DNA of 64,000 bases from Epiperipatus broadwayi (Eukaryota; Animalia; Onychophora), in assembly GCA_028023455.1 (NCBI GenBank), contig JAQFVV010000005.1:10726001-10790000 (forward strand). The letters run 5' to 3'. Of the stretch, positions 52,900 to 64,000 are shown in pieces. How positions within the stretch are numbered: position 1 is the stretch's first letter; the number at the start of each line of letters is the position of its first letter. The notes beneath the pieces were generated by a model. The model was not told the origin of the DNA. It did no database searches and was given only the letters and a program-made list of their open reading frames with translations. Made by a program: the position numbers and the translations under genes.

Positions 52900-55530
52900 T
52901 AGTAATGTGTCTATTGTAGATGGCACCTAGTTAAACTCATTAGCTCTTCATTCTACTTTCTTTTGAGATTTATTGGATTTTTTTAAGGAGTAAATGAAAT
53001 ATTAGAATATCCATCATTCTGCATGGATCAACTCCTATGTCTCGGTTGGCTCTAAAGTATCCCAGTAATTGTTTTTGCACTTACTTGGTTATACCTCATT
53101 GTAAATTACTGACACTATTTTTGATGACATCTTCATTTTCTTCTTGCTTCAACTCAAGCTCATGCCTATTTTTTAACTAGCATGTAAGTCAAGTAGGTTA
53201 GTTATATGTTCATTCTAACTGACCAAGATATGGCTTCAAAATGTGGGTGTTGTATGTTACCTTAATTTCCACTTCTATTCAAAATGCATTTGGATCTGAT
53301 TGCTTCACAATAGTGCATGATTTTTCATATTGGTAATAAAATTTTTGATATTTTCCAGTGCTTTACTCAGATGGGGTGTCTTGATAAGGAGTTTATCTCT
53401 TATCTTGGGTACTCATCCCCTAGTTTAGCCTTATCCATTAGTTGTCTATATGCTTTTTGTATATTACTCTATGTCACTTTGAGTATGCCTGAATAAATAA
53501 TAGTATAGGTTGGTTGAAGTATAGTCTAATTGGTATGAATCCATTAGATTCATTTATGCTCCAATTGATGTAATTGACTATAAGTTGTTTGTTTTATCCA
53601 CCCTTTATGCTCATCTAGATAAGTCCTAAAACATCCTAGCTCCCACATTACTCATTCCCAAGGGTTTGACTGGATTCCTAATGGATGTAAGCAAATGTCT
53701 TATTTGAGATTTCTCCACCTATCTTTTCCATTCTTTGGATAGGAAAGGTATTTCATGATCTGTTAAGATAGTCAGGCTTTCCTATCATAAATTGGAGGTT
53801 TTGATGGTATGTCTCTTATTAGCTTGGAATATGGGTAATCAGAAACATACTTAGAAAAGAAATCATAAGTGACCAATAGGTATTTTTGTTTATTAAATGG
53901 GGGCAGTGGCCCATCATATTTGATTGCTAGGATCTCATTTTGTCTTTTAGGTATAATGGATTTTAGCATGTTACTGTAATTTTGAGTTACTTCTTTGGCT
54001 TGTAAGCCCACCAGACAATCTCAAGATGTCTATATTCTTGGTGACCAATTTTTCAAGGTATGTTTTGTTTTATGGCACCGTAGTATCCATACAAATGTGG
54101 GATATACTTTATGAGTGGGATACACAAGGTTTTAGTTACTACTACCTCCACTCATCTGTATTTGTATTTAATCTATATAGTAAGACTTTTTCTCTAGCTT
54201 ATAAGAATTAAGATCCTTTGGCACATTCAAAACATTCCTTTTAAAACTTATCATGATTATGTTTAAATCAGGGTCCTTAAACTGAAATGGATAGGTTCTC
54301 CAAAATTGTTCTCTACATTACTCTCAGCCATTATATTGACATTGGTAATGTAGACATCATCTACCAACAAGTAGTTCTGTTCTGACCTACATGGATTTCA
54401 AGTAAGCATGTCAGCCATATTCTAAGATCTCTTACAGAATTTCACTGTATAATTGAATTCCTGTAAAAGCAGACTCCATTTGACTAGATGACTATTGGTC
54501 AAGTAGCTGTGATTCAGGAATATGAAGCTTTTGTGGTCTGTGATCACTATCACCTCTGATCCGATAAGCATCTATCAAAATTTTTGGAATGCCCACACTA
54601 TTGCTAGTGCTTCCTTCTCAATAACCATGTAATTTATTTCTGGACTCTTCAGGAGCCAGCTGATAAAATACAGGATTCCAGGCTGACTATCCTCCTGGAT
54701 CTAGGATAATGTTATCCCTAATCTGTAACCACTACTGTCTCTTTGACAATGAATGGTTTATTAAAATCAGGGACGCTAACATGGTTTGCTCTAAGAACTC
54801 AGTTTTCATATTTGCAATTGCCTTGTCCTGTTCCTCAGTCCAGTTCCACTATTCATCTTTCCTAATAAGTTTCAGCAATGGTTTCATGTGGTCAGAGAAA
54901 TTTCTCGTAGAAATGATTGTAAAAATCGCATTGGCCTAAAAATGATCTAATTTGCTTTTTGTTACTGGGCATAAAAAAGTTTTGAATGACATTGATCTTC
55001 TCTGGATGAGGTTTTATCCCATTGCAAAAAGACTGCTTGGTTGCAAACTAATATACTTTTCTTGAAGTTGATCTCTTTTTTGTAGCACTCTTCAAAAAAT
55101 AGAATGTGTTGAAGTTGTTTTTCAATTGTGATGGATGCAATTATTACATCATCCATGTAAATAGTTGTGATCTTTTTAATGTCAGGAAATAGGGTTTTGT
55201 CTAAACATCTTATCAGACCAGCACCATTATTGATCAATCCAAAAGGCATCCTATTAAACTGATATGTAAAATCTTCATATCAGAAGCTAGGGTATTGGTA
55301 ATCTTCTGGATGGAGTTCAATCTGCCAATAGCTGGAGGTTAGATCAAAAGTGGAAAACATCTTGTTTCCAAATTTCATGAATAATTTGTATATGGGTGGT
55401 GAAATATTCCTGTTGGGAACAATAAATTTGTTTAGTTGCCTAGAATCCAAACAAAATCTCATCAACCCATCTTTCTTTCTCACAAATTCTCTTTATTTTC
55501 ACACCCACTTTAATCTCAATTTTTTTTTAA
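52900..55530 (-). mobile_element. Degenerate Ty3/gypsy pol (RT-RNaseH-integrase)
   Basis: RT 'KKDGLMRFCLDSRQLN', 'FDLTSSYWQI', 'MPFGL', 'IYMDDVII'; RNase H 'NYMVIEKEALAIVWAFQKF...ITDHK'; integrase 'GPLP...YLLVTYDFFSKY'. Domain order is RT-RH-IN. Confidence 0.92.
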
Positions 55531-57463
55531 TTTTCATCCATACTAAACAAAATTCTATTAAATCTTAATTTTTTTCATTTTTTATATTTTGCATCTCATT
55601 TTCAAAATAAATATTTTTATACTGGTATAAAAGTGTTGTATGTCTCTTTTTTGTTTAAATATCTGCTATTATTCACTATGTGGAGGTACTGAAGCCATAT
55701 TGTTAAAACTAATCAATAAATTAAGATTTTATTAAATTTGATTATTGTAAATACAAATTTATTATACATTGCTTATTTTTAGTATTGTCAGGGAAACATT
55801 GTTATTATTTGCTCATTTAAAAATTTGCCTGCACTTGTTTATCATGTCCGTTTTAAAAAATGAAAATGCAGACAATACTTTAAGGAACTTCTGCTCTGAT
55901 TTATTCAGTACTTTGTCTTCTATAACCATGCAATATTCCATCTTTATAAAGAATAATTGGATTCATAAGTTTGGAGAGTTATTTTCATTTTATTTAAATG
56001 AAAGGACTCATAAACTCACAAACTTTATTTAAATGGGGTAATATCAGTGTGTTTTAAGAAATTTATATTTTTATTAATTTGTTATACATATTGCTAATGT
56101 ATTATTGATTTACTGCTATGCTTTGCATTGTATTGAGTACATTAATGATAATGTACATTTTGAAATGGAAATTGGTATGAGTAACTTTCCAAGGGGAAAA
56201 AGTTCTAATTTCAAATTTTTTAAGAGTTCTCAGAATTTATATTACAATATTTTTAAAGTGTTTAATGAGCAGAGTAAAACAGTTTGCTATGCTTAGTATG
56301 TGATTCAGTGTATTATTTGAAATCATTTTGTGAATGAATGTAGTTTTTTAATTTTTATTTTATGATATTGTCTTGCAATTATCTTTCTTTTTGTTTGCAT
56401 ATTTCTTTTACACATAGTATGTATGTTTATGACTATTTGTGAGTAAGTGTGGGTTAAATTTCCATGTATTATTTATATTCCATATCTTATTTATTCATTT
56501 ATTGGTATTCTTCTCATTTTCAGGTATCAGTTGTGGTAGTTATGTTGAGAGTTTCCATTGCCTTGAATTTTATTAAGCCCCTCCAAAGTAGAGATTGTGG
56601 CTTTTTTAGCACTTCCAGGTTATGTAACCAGACATCTATTTAAAAATCATCTATTTGCCCTTTTGCTTTATTAGTGTGTATTTATTATTTAAGCACATTT
56701 AAGGCATGCACATGTATGAAATTATTTAGCTCTACTTCAAGTTATTTTCTGTTACAGTAATTCATTGATAGTATTGAGCTGTTAATATTTTACCTGTATA
56801 TGCATAAACAGGTAGAACATATATAAAGTATTTTTGGCTTGTATTCAACTATGTTCACAGTACTATAGGAAATAGTTATGCACTGATTTAAATATAGCTA
56901 GTTTTATAATTTTAATTTTCATCATTTAGTGGCCTGTATAAAGGCATATGTTTGATATTCTGTGTGCAAAAGTCCTGGTTGGTATATTTTTCTTATAAAG
57001 TGAGAGAACTTAAATGCAATGTGAATTTAATTATTTTAAGGATTTACTGGAGTGATGTATTTTATTTTAAGTTATGTAAATGCTTATGTCAGCATGAATT
57101 ACTACTGCTTATTGTTTTCACTTATGATATTGTATTATTAAATGTATGTCATATTGTAAATAAATATTTTTTATTCATTAAATATGTATATCTTTTCATT
57201 GTCATTATCACACCAATTTATTCAGAAAATCTAATTAATAAAGTTATGTTAAGCATTGCTGAACTTAAGAATACATTCCATAAGTCACATTAAAACTATT
57301 CAAATTTTTTTTTAAATATATACTTGCATTATTTAAAATAATAAATATTATGTTGTTTTGTCTTTTGTCACAAGTGTATTTAATAATGTAATGCATGGCA
57401 TAAACGTACCCTTTCTGCCTACTGCATTATTTTACTTGGCTTGGTATAAGATTATACATTAAA

Positions 57464-57590
57464 ATATTTTAGTAAGATTTACCCAAGAGTTTCATGAAGA
57501 TTAATTTATAAGAGAAGACCCTTAAAGATATTTTAGTAAGATTTACCCAAGAGTTTCATGAAGATTAATTTATAAGAGAAGACCCTTAAA
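57464..57590. repeat. Exact 64-bp tandem duplication
   Basis: 'atattttagtaagatttacccaagagtttcatgaagattaatttataagagaagacccttaaa' occurs at 57464 and 57528. Confidence 0.92.
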
Positions 57591-59105
57591 TATTTTGAGA
57601 ATATATTTCTATTGCTAGCCAAAGATTATTTGAAGTATTTAGATACTTGAATATTTTTTAATTTCATCTTCTCATTTATTTTAAAAGTGAAATATTTATA
57701 AAATATAAGAATATTTTGTATATAAAAACCTAAATTGTTATCTCATTTTATTGTATTTAAGTGTTCAGCAAAGTAATTATTGTACTAAATAAGAATGAGA
57801 CCCTGAGATGTGTAAAAGAAAAACCCTGAAATTTGAATAAGAATCCGATATTTAGGTTAAACAAGAACCTGAGATGTTTATTGTTTATATTTCTGTTATT
57901 GAAGCTGCGCATATATACATATTAAATATATATATGCTTGCCTCACCATCACTATGGTTTAAACTAAATGCCCTTAGTCCAACCACAGTGAATGTAGGTT
58001 AAATTAAATAGAAACTTGAAAATATTTAGTAAAAAAATAATACATTTCATAAATTTTATGAAATAAAATTAAAAGAGTTTAGTTTTAAATAAAGTGAAAT
58101 TCCTGAATCGCAGAACTCATTAGAGAACAGATAGTCAATTAGATAGCAATAATTAATTAAAAAATTCATTTAAATCATAAGATAGCTAAACAATGGCATT
58201 GAAATGCAAGATGGCCAACAAGTGAGTATAAAGCGAGAATTTGTCTTTTGGTTCTCTCTCACTTATACCCACCGAAGCTCTACTGTTGAGAAGTAGGAAA
58301 GAAAACTTATTGAATCGGAAAGAAGTGAAAGCTTGAAGATTGGCTTTTTTGAAAAAAGCTCTCTCTGCAACCAGGATTATACTAACTCCCTGCTATAGAT
58401 TTTTGAACCACCAACATTCAAAGAAAACTTAAAAGAATTTTTAGGTGCTATAATTGAAATGGTCGAATAGACTTTTTCTCTCTCTTTCTCAGCGTTTCCT
58501 GGGGCCCGGAATGCTGTAGTGAAGAATGTAGAGTGCCAGAAAAATCTTGCCTGACAAATATTTGCTGCTATAATGGATATCCAGGATGTAAAGTCAATAA
58601 AAATAAAAAGATGAACGAATCCTAATAAGCCGTCAATACTAGCTGTGGACTAGAATATTTTTATGGTTATCTAACTAAAGACATACGCATTTCAAAAATT
58701 ATCGGTAATATAAATTTTGTATTAGTGTTCGATTCACTTTATAATATTATAATCAATGAAAAACGTATACGTACATTTAGTTTTTTATATATGTGGGTGA
58801 TTTAAATGCTTTTAAAAATATATTATTAAATGTTACTATTAAAAATTTTGATTTCTGTTTTCGTATAATGGCGACTCATCTAGATCCCTAGATAAGATAA
58901 TCTGACACAAGAGTTTGGTCTACGAATCTCAAAGAAGAATGATAAAATGTTCTATCATTTATATTATTATTTTACCTCAGCAGAAGCTTAAGAGTCATTC
59001 TAAATTAGATTAATGTTTTTTTAATTTGTTATAAACAAATCAATAGATCGTTCTCATTTCAGCTTGCTTAAAGAAAAACCTAAAATAATTGAAACTAAAC
59101 TCAGC

Positions 59106-59835
59106 CAATAAACATCACATGATCACCATTTCTTGCACTTGCTTATAACTGTTATTAAACAGGCAAAACTCGCTATACGTATTGCCACTCACAGCAAGCT
59201 AGAGTAATCAGTGGATGCCAGAAGGCTTGTGCATCAAATCCCCATCTAGTGCCTACTCATCCAATATCCCCAGACAAGTTTTTGGCCATTGTTAGTGAGG
59301 AGCCTTGGATCTGAGAGTACTGCACCTAGATCTTAGGATCTAATGCAACCCTCCAGTAGCCACCTTTTATCTTCACTTAACTATAAAACTATGAAAACAC
59401 CCTAATATTTTCAATTCAAGCCCATCAGCTTATATATTCATATAGGTCTGAACTCAGTTCAGTATCTATACATTTTGGTGTCTTTGGTTCTTTGATAACC
59501 ATCACCATCCTATTAGGCAGGATTGGTTTTAAGCCAATAAAATCACATGATCACCATTTGAAAATATTAAGGTGTTTTTAATTTAAGACTCATAGTTTTG
59601 TAGTTAAATTGAAATTAAAGATGACTACTGGAGAGTTGCATTAGATCCTAAGATCTAGGTATAGTGCTCTCAGATCCAAGTCTCATCACTGACAAAGGCC
59701 ACAAGCCAGAAAATAGTCTGGTGATATTGGATGACCAGGTACTAGATGGGGATTTGATGCATAAGCCTTCTGGCATCCATTGATTATTCTAGCTTGCTAT
59801 GAGTAGCAATAAGTATAGTGATTTTTGCCTTTTTT
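59106..59835. mobile_element. Subfamily-B composite insertion: one full ~429-bp unit + ~27-bp wrap-around + ~275-bp inverted arm, with two degenerate hammerheads
   Basis: Exact 14-bp TSD aaactaaactcagc at 59092-59105 and 59836-59849. 'ccaataaa.atcacatgatcaccattt' occurs at ~59105 and ~59534. 59560-59830 is the reverse complement of ~59160-59415. Confidence 0.88.
59683..59724 (+). ncRNA. Degenerate type I hammerhead (probably inactive)
   Basis: UCAUCA-CUGACAA-aggc-cacaa-gcca-GAAA-auag-UC-UGGUGA. Core G8 to A and stem III C to A changes relative to the 28.7-kb copy. Confidence 0.7.
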
Positions 59836-61222
59836 AAACTAAACTCAGCTTAAATTTTTTTAAATTTCTCATTTTGCTTTTTCAATCTGAATTTTAATTA
59901 CCTATGGGTATATATGTAGTCATTCAATTAACGTGAAATGATCTGAAATAAACGTATGTATATTTTAAGTGGGAGAGGATTTATATAATCAAGAAACGCT
60001 AAAGAAGTTTCATTAACAAGGTAGGTAGAGTTGGTTAAATAGAGTTCTTGTATCCTTTTATTAAGCCCTTATTATTTATATATAAACGATTATATAAAGA
60101 CCGATAACATAAGGGGATTTCTTTTTAATTTACTAAGTTTTACATCAGTCTTGTAAGAGTTTTTGAAGCATTAGAATTTAGATATCAGTATTTAATTTCA
60201 GGCTTGATTTTTTTTAAATGGATTATTATTCCATCTTAATCTTTCGTGTATTACTTGGGGAGTCAGAAATACCTTTTGAGTTGTATCTTACTTCTATCTC
60301 CATATTGGTGGGCTTATCTTATGGACGTCTCAGGATAAGACTCTGGAAATCTTTATACATTAAACATGTTGATTGGGCATAAGCATGATGCTCAGTTTCT
60401 GAACTCGGAACACGGTTTGCGAATGAGTTCCTTCTTCCCCTACCATGTTTTAGGGTCAGAGCACTATCCAGCCTCATTTCATACTACACTCTCTATATAG
60501 AGAAATATCTTTGGAAAATTACTTGCCAAAAAGGAAAAAAATTAATCGCTGAGTTTATTGTTTTATTAAGCTTGACTATCTTCTATGCTCAAAGCACTAT
60601 GCAGAAAACCTGATGATGTTGGTGATGTAAAAAGGAAGAAAGGGGGTTTAAATTTCAGTTACAGGCTGTTTTTATAATAGCTCAAAGAACATCTATTTAA
60701 CTACAATTTCTGTAATTTGTTTCTTTGTTTTTTTCTTCTCTGCCATCTCTGAGTGATTCCTTTGCTCTCTCTTTTTTCCAAAAATCATTCATTCTATACC
60801 AAGTAAATGTAATATAATTTGTGAACTAAAACTGATCTTTACTGCCTGTCTGTAGATAGTGTCAGTCCATTGTTGCTCTCAGATAGACTGAGAGGTTATT
60901 GACAGCCTCTTTAGATAGTAATTTTGTGATTTCTTTTGTAGATAATAAATTTCATTTCTTTTTTTTTTGAACAATAAATCTTTTTTGTATTATTAATACA
61001 TCCACATACCACTTATTATCATTTGTAAATTTTTTCTTAGAGTCTTGTCTCCTTTTGAACATTGGGCATACATTAAGAATAAATTCTAGTGAGGTTTGGG
61101 GTGTAAATCGTTTAGTAGCAATCTGGAAGAGTAGCTGAGATTCGAACCCCCTCTACCAGCATCTCTAAGTTAGGTTAAAGCAGCTCTACTTTTCATACCA
61201 TTACAGTTTTTTTTGTATAATC

Positions 61223-61240
61223 TGGCATCCAAAGTGTGGC
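61223..61240 (+). promoter_or_regulatory. Degenerate primer-binding site (tRNA-Lys type)
   Basis: tggcatccaaagtgtggc matches the known tRNA-Lys1,2 PBS TGGCGCCCAACGTGGGGC at 14/18 positions and lies upstream of gag. Confidence 0.55.
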
Positions 61241-62237
61241 TTTACTTCAGAGATAGACCCTGAGAGGGGAGTAGAGAAAATTGATGATGATGAAAAATTT
61301 TGTTTTTTTTCTTCCCATTCTTTTTTGTGATACAAGTAAGTGTATATATATTTTTCTTCATTGTGCTTTCTGCTTTCTGGAAATTTTTTTTATTTGTTCC
61401 GATATATATATGTACATGTATTGAAACCAACCAAACACTGGTTGGAACAATTAACTTGGATATATATATACTAATATGTTTTTTTTTGTTTTTTTGTGGT
61501 ATAGAGGGACAGTGACCGTTTGTGGAGCAAAACAAAAAGGGTTTGTGTTGAAAAAAAAAATTTCTGTGGATTTTAAAATTTATTACAATATAGACAGAGA
61601 TAATGGAGCACTAAGTACATATGACAGTTGTACATGCTAACAGCAAGAAAAAACAAACTGGTCAGGCAAACACACTTCAAGAAAACCAGCATGCCGGATT
61701 CAACAACAATAAGGAGACGATTGGGAGAGAATGATATTAAACCAAAAACACACAAGAAAACTCAATTTTTTTCTATTTTTTTTTTTCAAAATATGAATAA
61801 TACACAAAAAGAAATCGGTGATGTCACACTAGATAACATAAATCAGCTATCAGAGAGTATGGTGCAAGACCAAACTCCAAGTACTAGAGATAGAGATATA
61901 GACAAATGAACCACAATGGATGGTGCAGCTGTTCCTAATGATAAAAGACTTGTGAATAAGAATAAAAAAATGGAAAAACAAATGAAACAACAGGAAGCAG
62001 AAAGGACAGACACACAAGATAAAAAAACATCTGAAACAAGAAATGAGAAATTCCAAGAGGCTAATGTGGAAACAAACAGTAAAAAGAATCTAACAGACTC
62101 ACACAAAATAGACAGCCCTCTTGTCTTAAAGTTTATACAAAGATTTTTAGAGTAGACATTGGAGAGAACCCTATTGATTACATAAAGAGTTTGCAGGAAT
62201 TTATATTTCATGAGGCAAGAAAGTAGAGAAGATAACT

Positions 62238-62717
62238 GTGGCTGCAAATCACTTGCATGGGTCTGCACGGCACTGGTGGGACTGTATTGAGGTTCATCCC
62301 ACAACTTTTAATGACTACTGCCTCACATTGTGTAAGACATTCTGGAGCACACAATTTTTCCTCTGCCAGGTAGCACTCATAAAGTCTTTGATAGCATTCA
62401 ACTTGTCAGATAGTCACATCATTAGGACTATAAAATATAACATGCCTCTTCACATCCAACACTTAATGTTAAGTTATAGAAATGCAGGGGTAGAAGAAAT
62501 GGAGATATTAATTGCAATAGACTTTGGAAACATAAGTAAAGATAGCACCGACCTGGGAAGAAGAATAGAAACTTCAAAACTACAAACAGCTGCCATCCAA
62601 GATGAATATCAACTAAAAGACCAAGGTGAACATTCTATCCAGGATGAAACCAGGGGAAAGGATATTGACAAGGTCTGGGAAGATAAGAGAGTGACATCTG
62701 CGATCACATTGGAATAA
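62238..62717 (+). pseudogene. Retrotransposon gag remnant
   Basis: 'AANHLHGSARHWWD...TFNDY...LCKTFW' is a typical Ty3/gypsy capsid segment. Surrounding frames are interrupted. Confidence 0.7.
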
Positions 62718-62735
62718 CATGAACTAAATCTACCA

Positions 62736-63056
62736 TTGCACCAGGATTGTCCAACTATCGTAAAAATTGAAAACATCCCAGTTAGTGCATTAATAGACAC
62801 AGCAACCCAAGTGTCTTTGATTTTTGATGAATGGTGGAACACCATGCACAGCTCATACATACAACGAAGCACACCAAAACTGGCTAGTCAAGTAGTTCTT
62901 GCCAATGGTGAAGATGCCATTGTGGGATCACACCAGATGGAGTTGAATTTAAAGATTGGCACCAAATATGTATGCCATACATTTCAGACTATGCCAGGTT
63001 TAATCCAGGATGCACTGTTAGGATCAGACTTTCTTGAGAAGCATGACTCCAAATAA
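62736..63056 (+). pseudogene. Retroviral-type aspartic protease remnant
   Basis: 'IENIPVSALIDTATQVSLI' (catalytic D-T-A) and C-terminal 'ALLGSDFL' retropepsin motifs, directly downstream of gag. Confidence 0.85.
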
Positions 63057-64000
63057 ATTATCAGGATTGAACCTTTGAGTTTTATAATGAAAAAATGTCA
63101 TTTTGGCATCAACAATCCACAGAGTACAACAAATGTAAACTGTGTTCAAAAAACATACCATCAGCAGAGCAACAAATAACAAACCAAAGTACATGGATTG
63201 CTAAAAAGCAACATACACTATACCATGTTTTTAAAAATTTCACAAACCTGTTTTATAAGGAAAAAATGGATTTTGGCAGATCCCAGAGAGAAAGATCCAC
63301 CCATAAAAGGGTCACATAAACAAAGTGAATAAATAAAATAATAGGAATGATAGACCTTATGGAACAAATTCATGGATGGTAAAACAAGAAAAGAGACAAA
63401 TACTTTAATAAGATAACTAATATTAACATCATATAATATTTATTCCCTCATAAATATACATAAGACAACAGAAAGACTGCCCTATATCACTCTGCTCCAC
63501 TTCACACCAAAGGTAACTAGGATCTTTTTTTTTGTTTGTTTTAATGGGTTCTGGGAATATGAAGCTACGCATATATACATAGTAAATATATATATGCTTG
63601 CTTCTCCATTCACTGTGGCTTAAGCTAAAGATCCTGAGTCCAACCACAGTAAATGTAGGTTATATTAAATAAAAACTTGAAAATATTTAGTAAAAAAATA
63701 ATACATTCCATAAATTTTATGAAATAAAATTAAAAGATTTTAGTTTTAGATAAAGTAAAATTCCTGAATCGCAGAACTCATTAGAGACAAGATCGTCAAT
63801 TAGATAGCAATAATTAATTAAAAATTTCATTTAAAACATAAGATAGTGAAACAATGGCATTGGAATGCAAGATGGCCAACAAGTGGGTATAAAACTGAAA
63901 ACGTGTCCTTTGGTTTTCTCTTGCTTATACCCACAGAAGCTCTACTGTTCATAACAGCAAAGTGAAAGCAATAAGATTGGCTTTTTTGGACAAAAGTCTC

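Larger units (their letters stand above)
57900..64000 (+). mobile_element. Gypsy-like LTR retroelement, internally deleted (gag-protease only); 3' LTR runs off the window
   Basis: Direct repeat beginning exactly at TGAAGC at 57900 and 63560. Degenerate PBS at 61223, gag and protease ORF remnants, and purine-rich 'gggttctgggaata' just before 63560. Confidence 0.65.

Noticed and set aside
56524-56618. Possible internal exon (ttctcattttcag acceptor, open frame, cag|gttatg donor)
   Set aside because: Isolated, with no neighbouring exons or recognisable protein; such signals are common by chance in AT-rich DNA.
61128-61165. tRNA gene (B-box-like ggttcgaatc on the minus strand)
   Set aside because: No full cloverleaf; at most a SINE/tRNA-like relic.

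Overview
This is AT-rich eukaryotic DNA, probably from an invertebrate (an inference from composition, finger style and TE content). About half of the window is a direct segmental duplication (1-~16450 vs 28096-~46548). Copy 1 carries an intact 431-aa multi-C2H2 zinc-finger ORF (12726-14021); copy 2 carries a frameshifted paralog (42991-44179). The rest is mostly decayed transposons: an APE-type LINE in several pieces, an L1/Tx1-like 3' fragment, Penelope-like remnants, a pogo/Tigger deletion derivative, an 8-bp-TSD TIR element, Ty3/gypsy pol remnants and a gypsy gag-protease element with LTRs. The main finding is a family of non-coding ~430-nt mobile units containing a minimal type I hammerhead ribozyme. 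One insertion (25448-26899) is a near-identical 435-bp tandem array with an intact hammerhead in each unit. Five insertions of a distantly related second subfamily lie at 4.2, 23.6, 24.3, 28.6 and 59.1 kb. All six have 10-15 bp target-site duplications, four have inverted arms, and two read through the ribozyme cleavage site into a repeated unit, as expected for a retrozyme-like circular or multimeric RNA mobilised by Penelope-type machinery. All alignments, folds and translations were done by eye, and boundaries of decayed elements are approximate.
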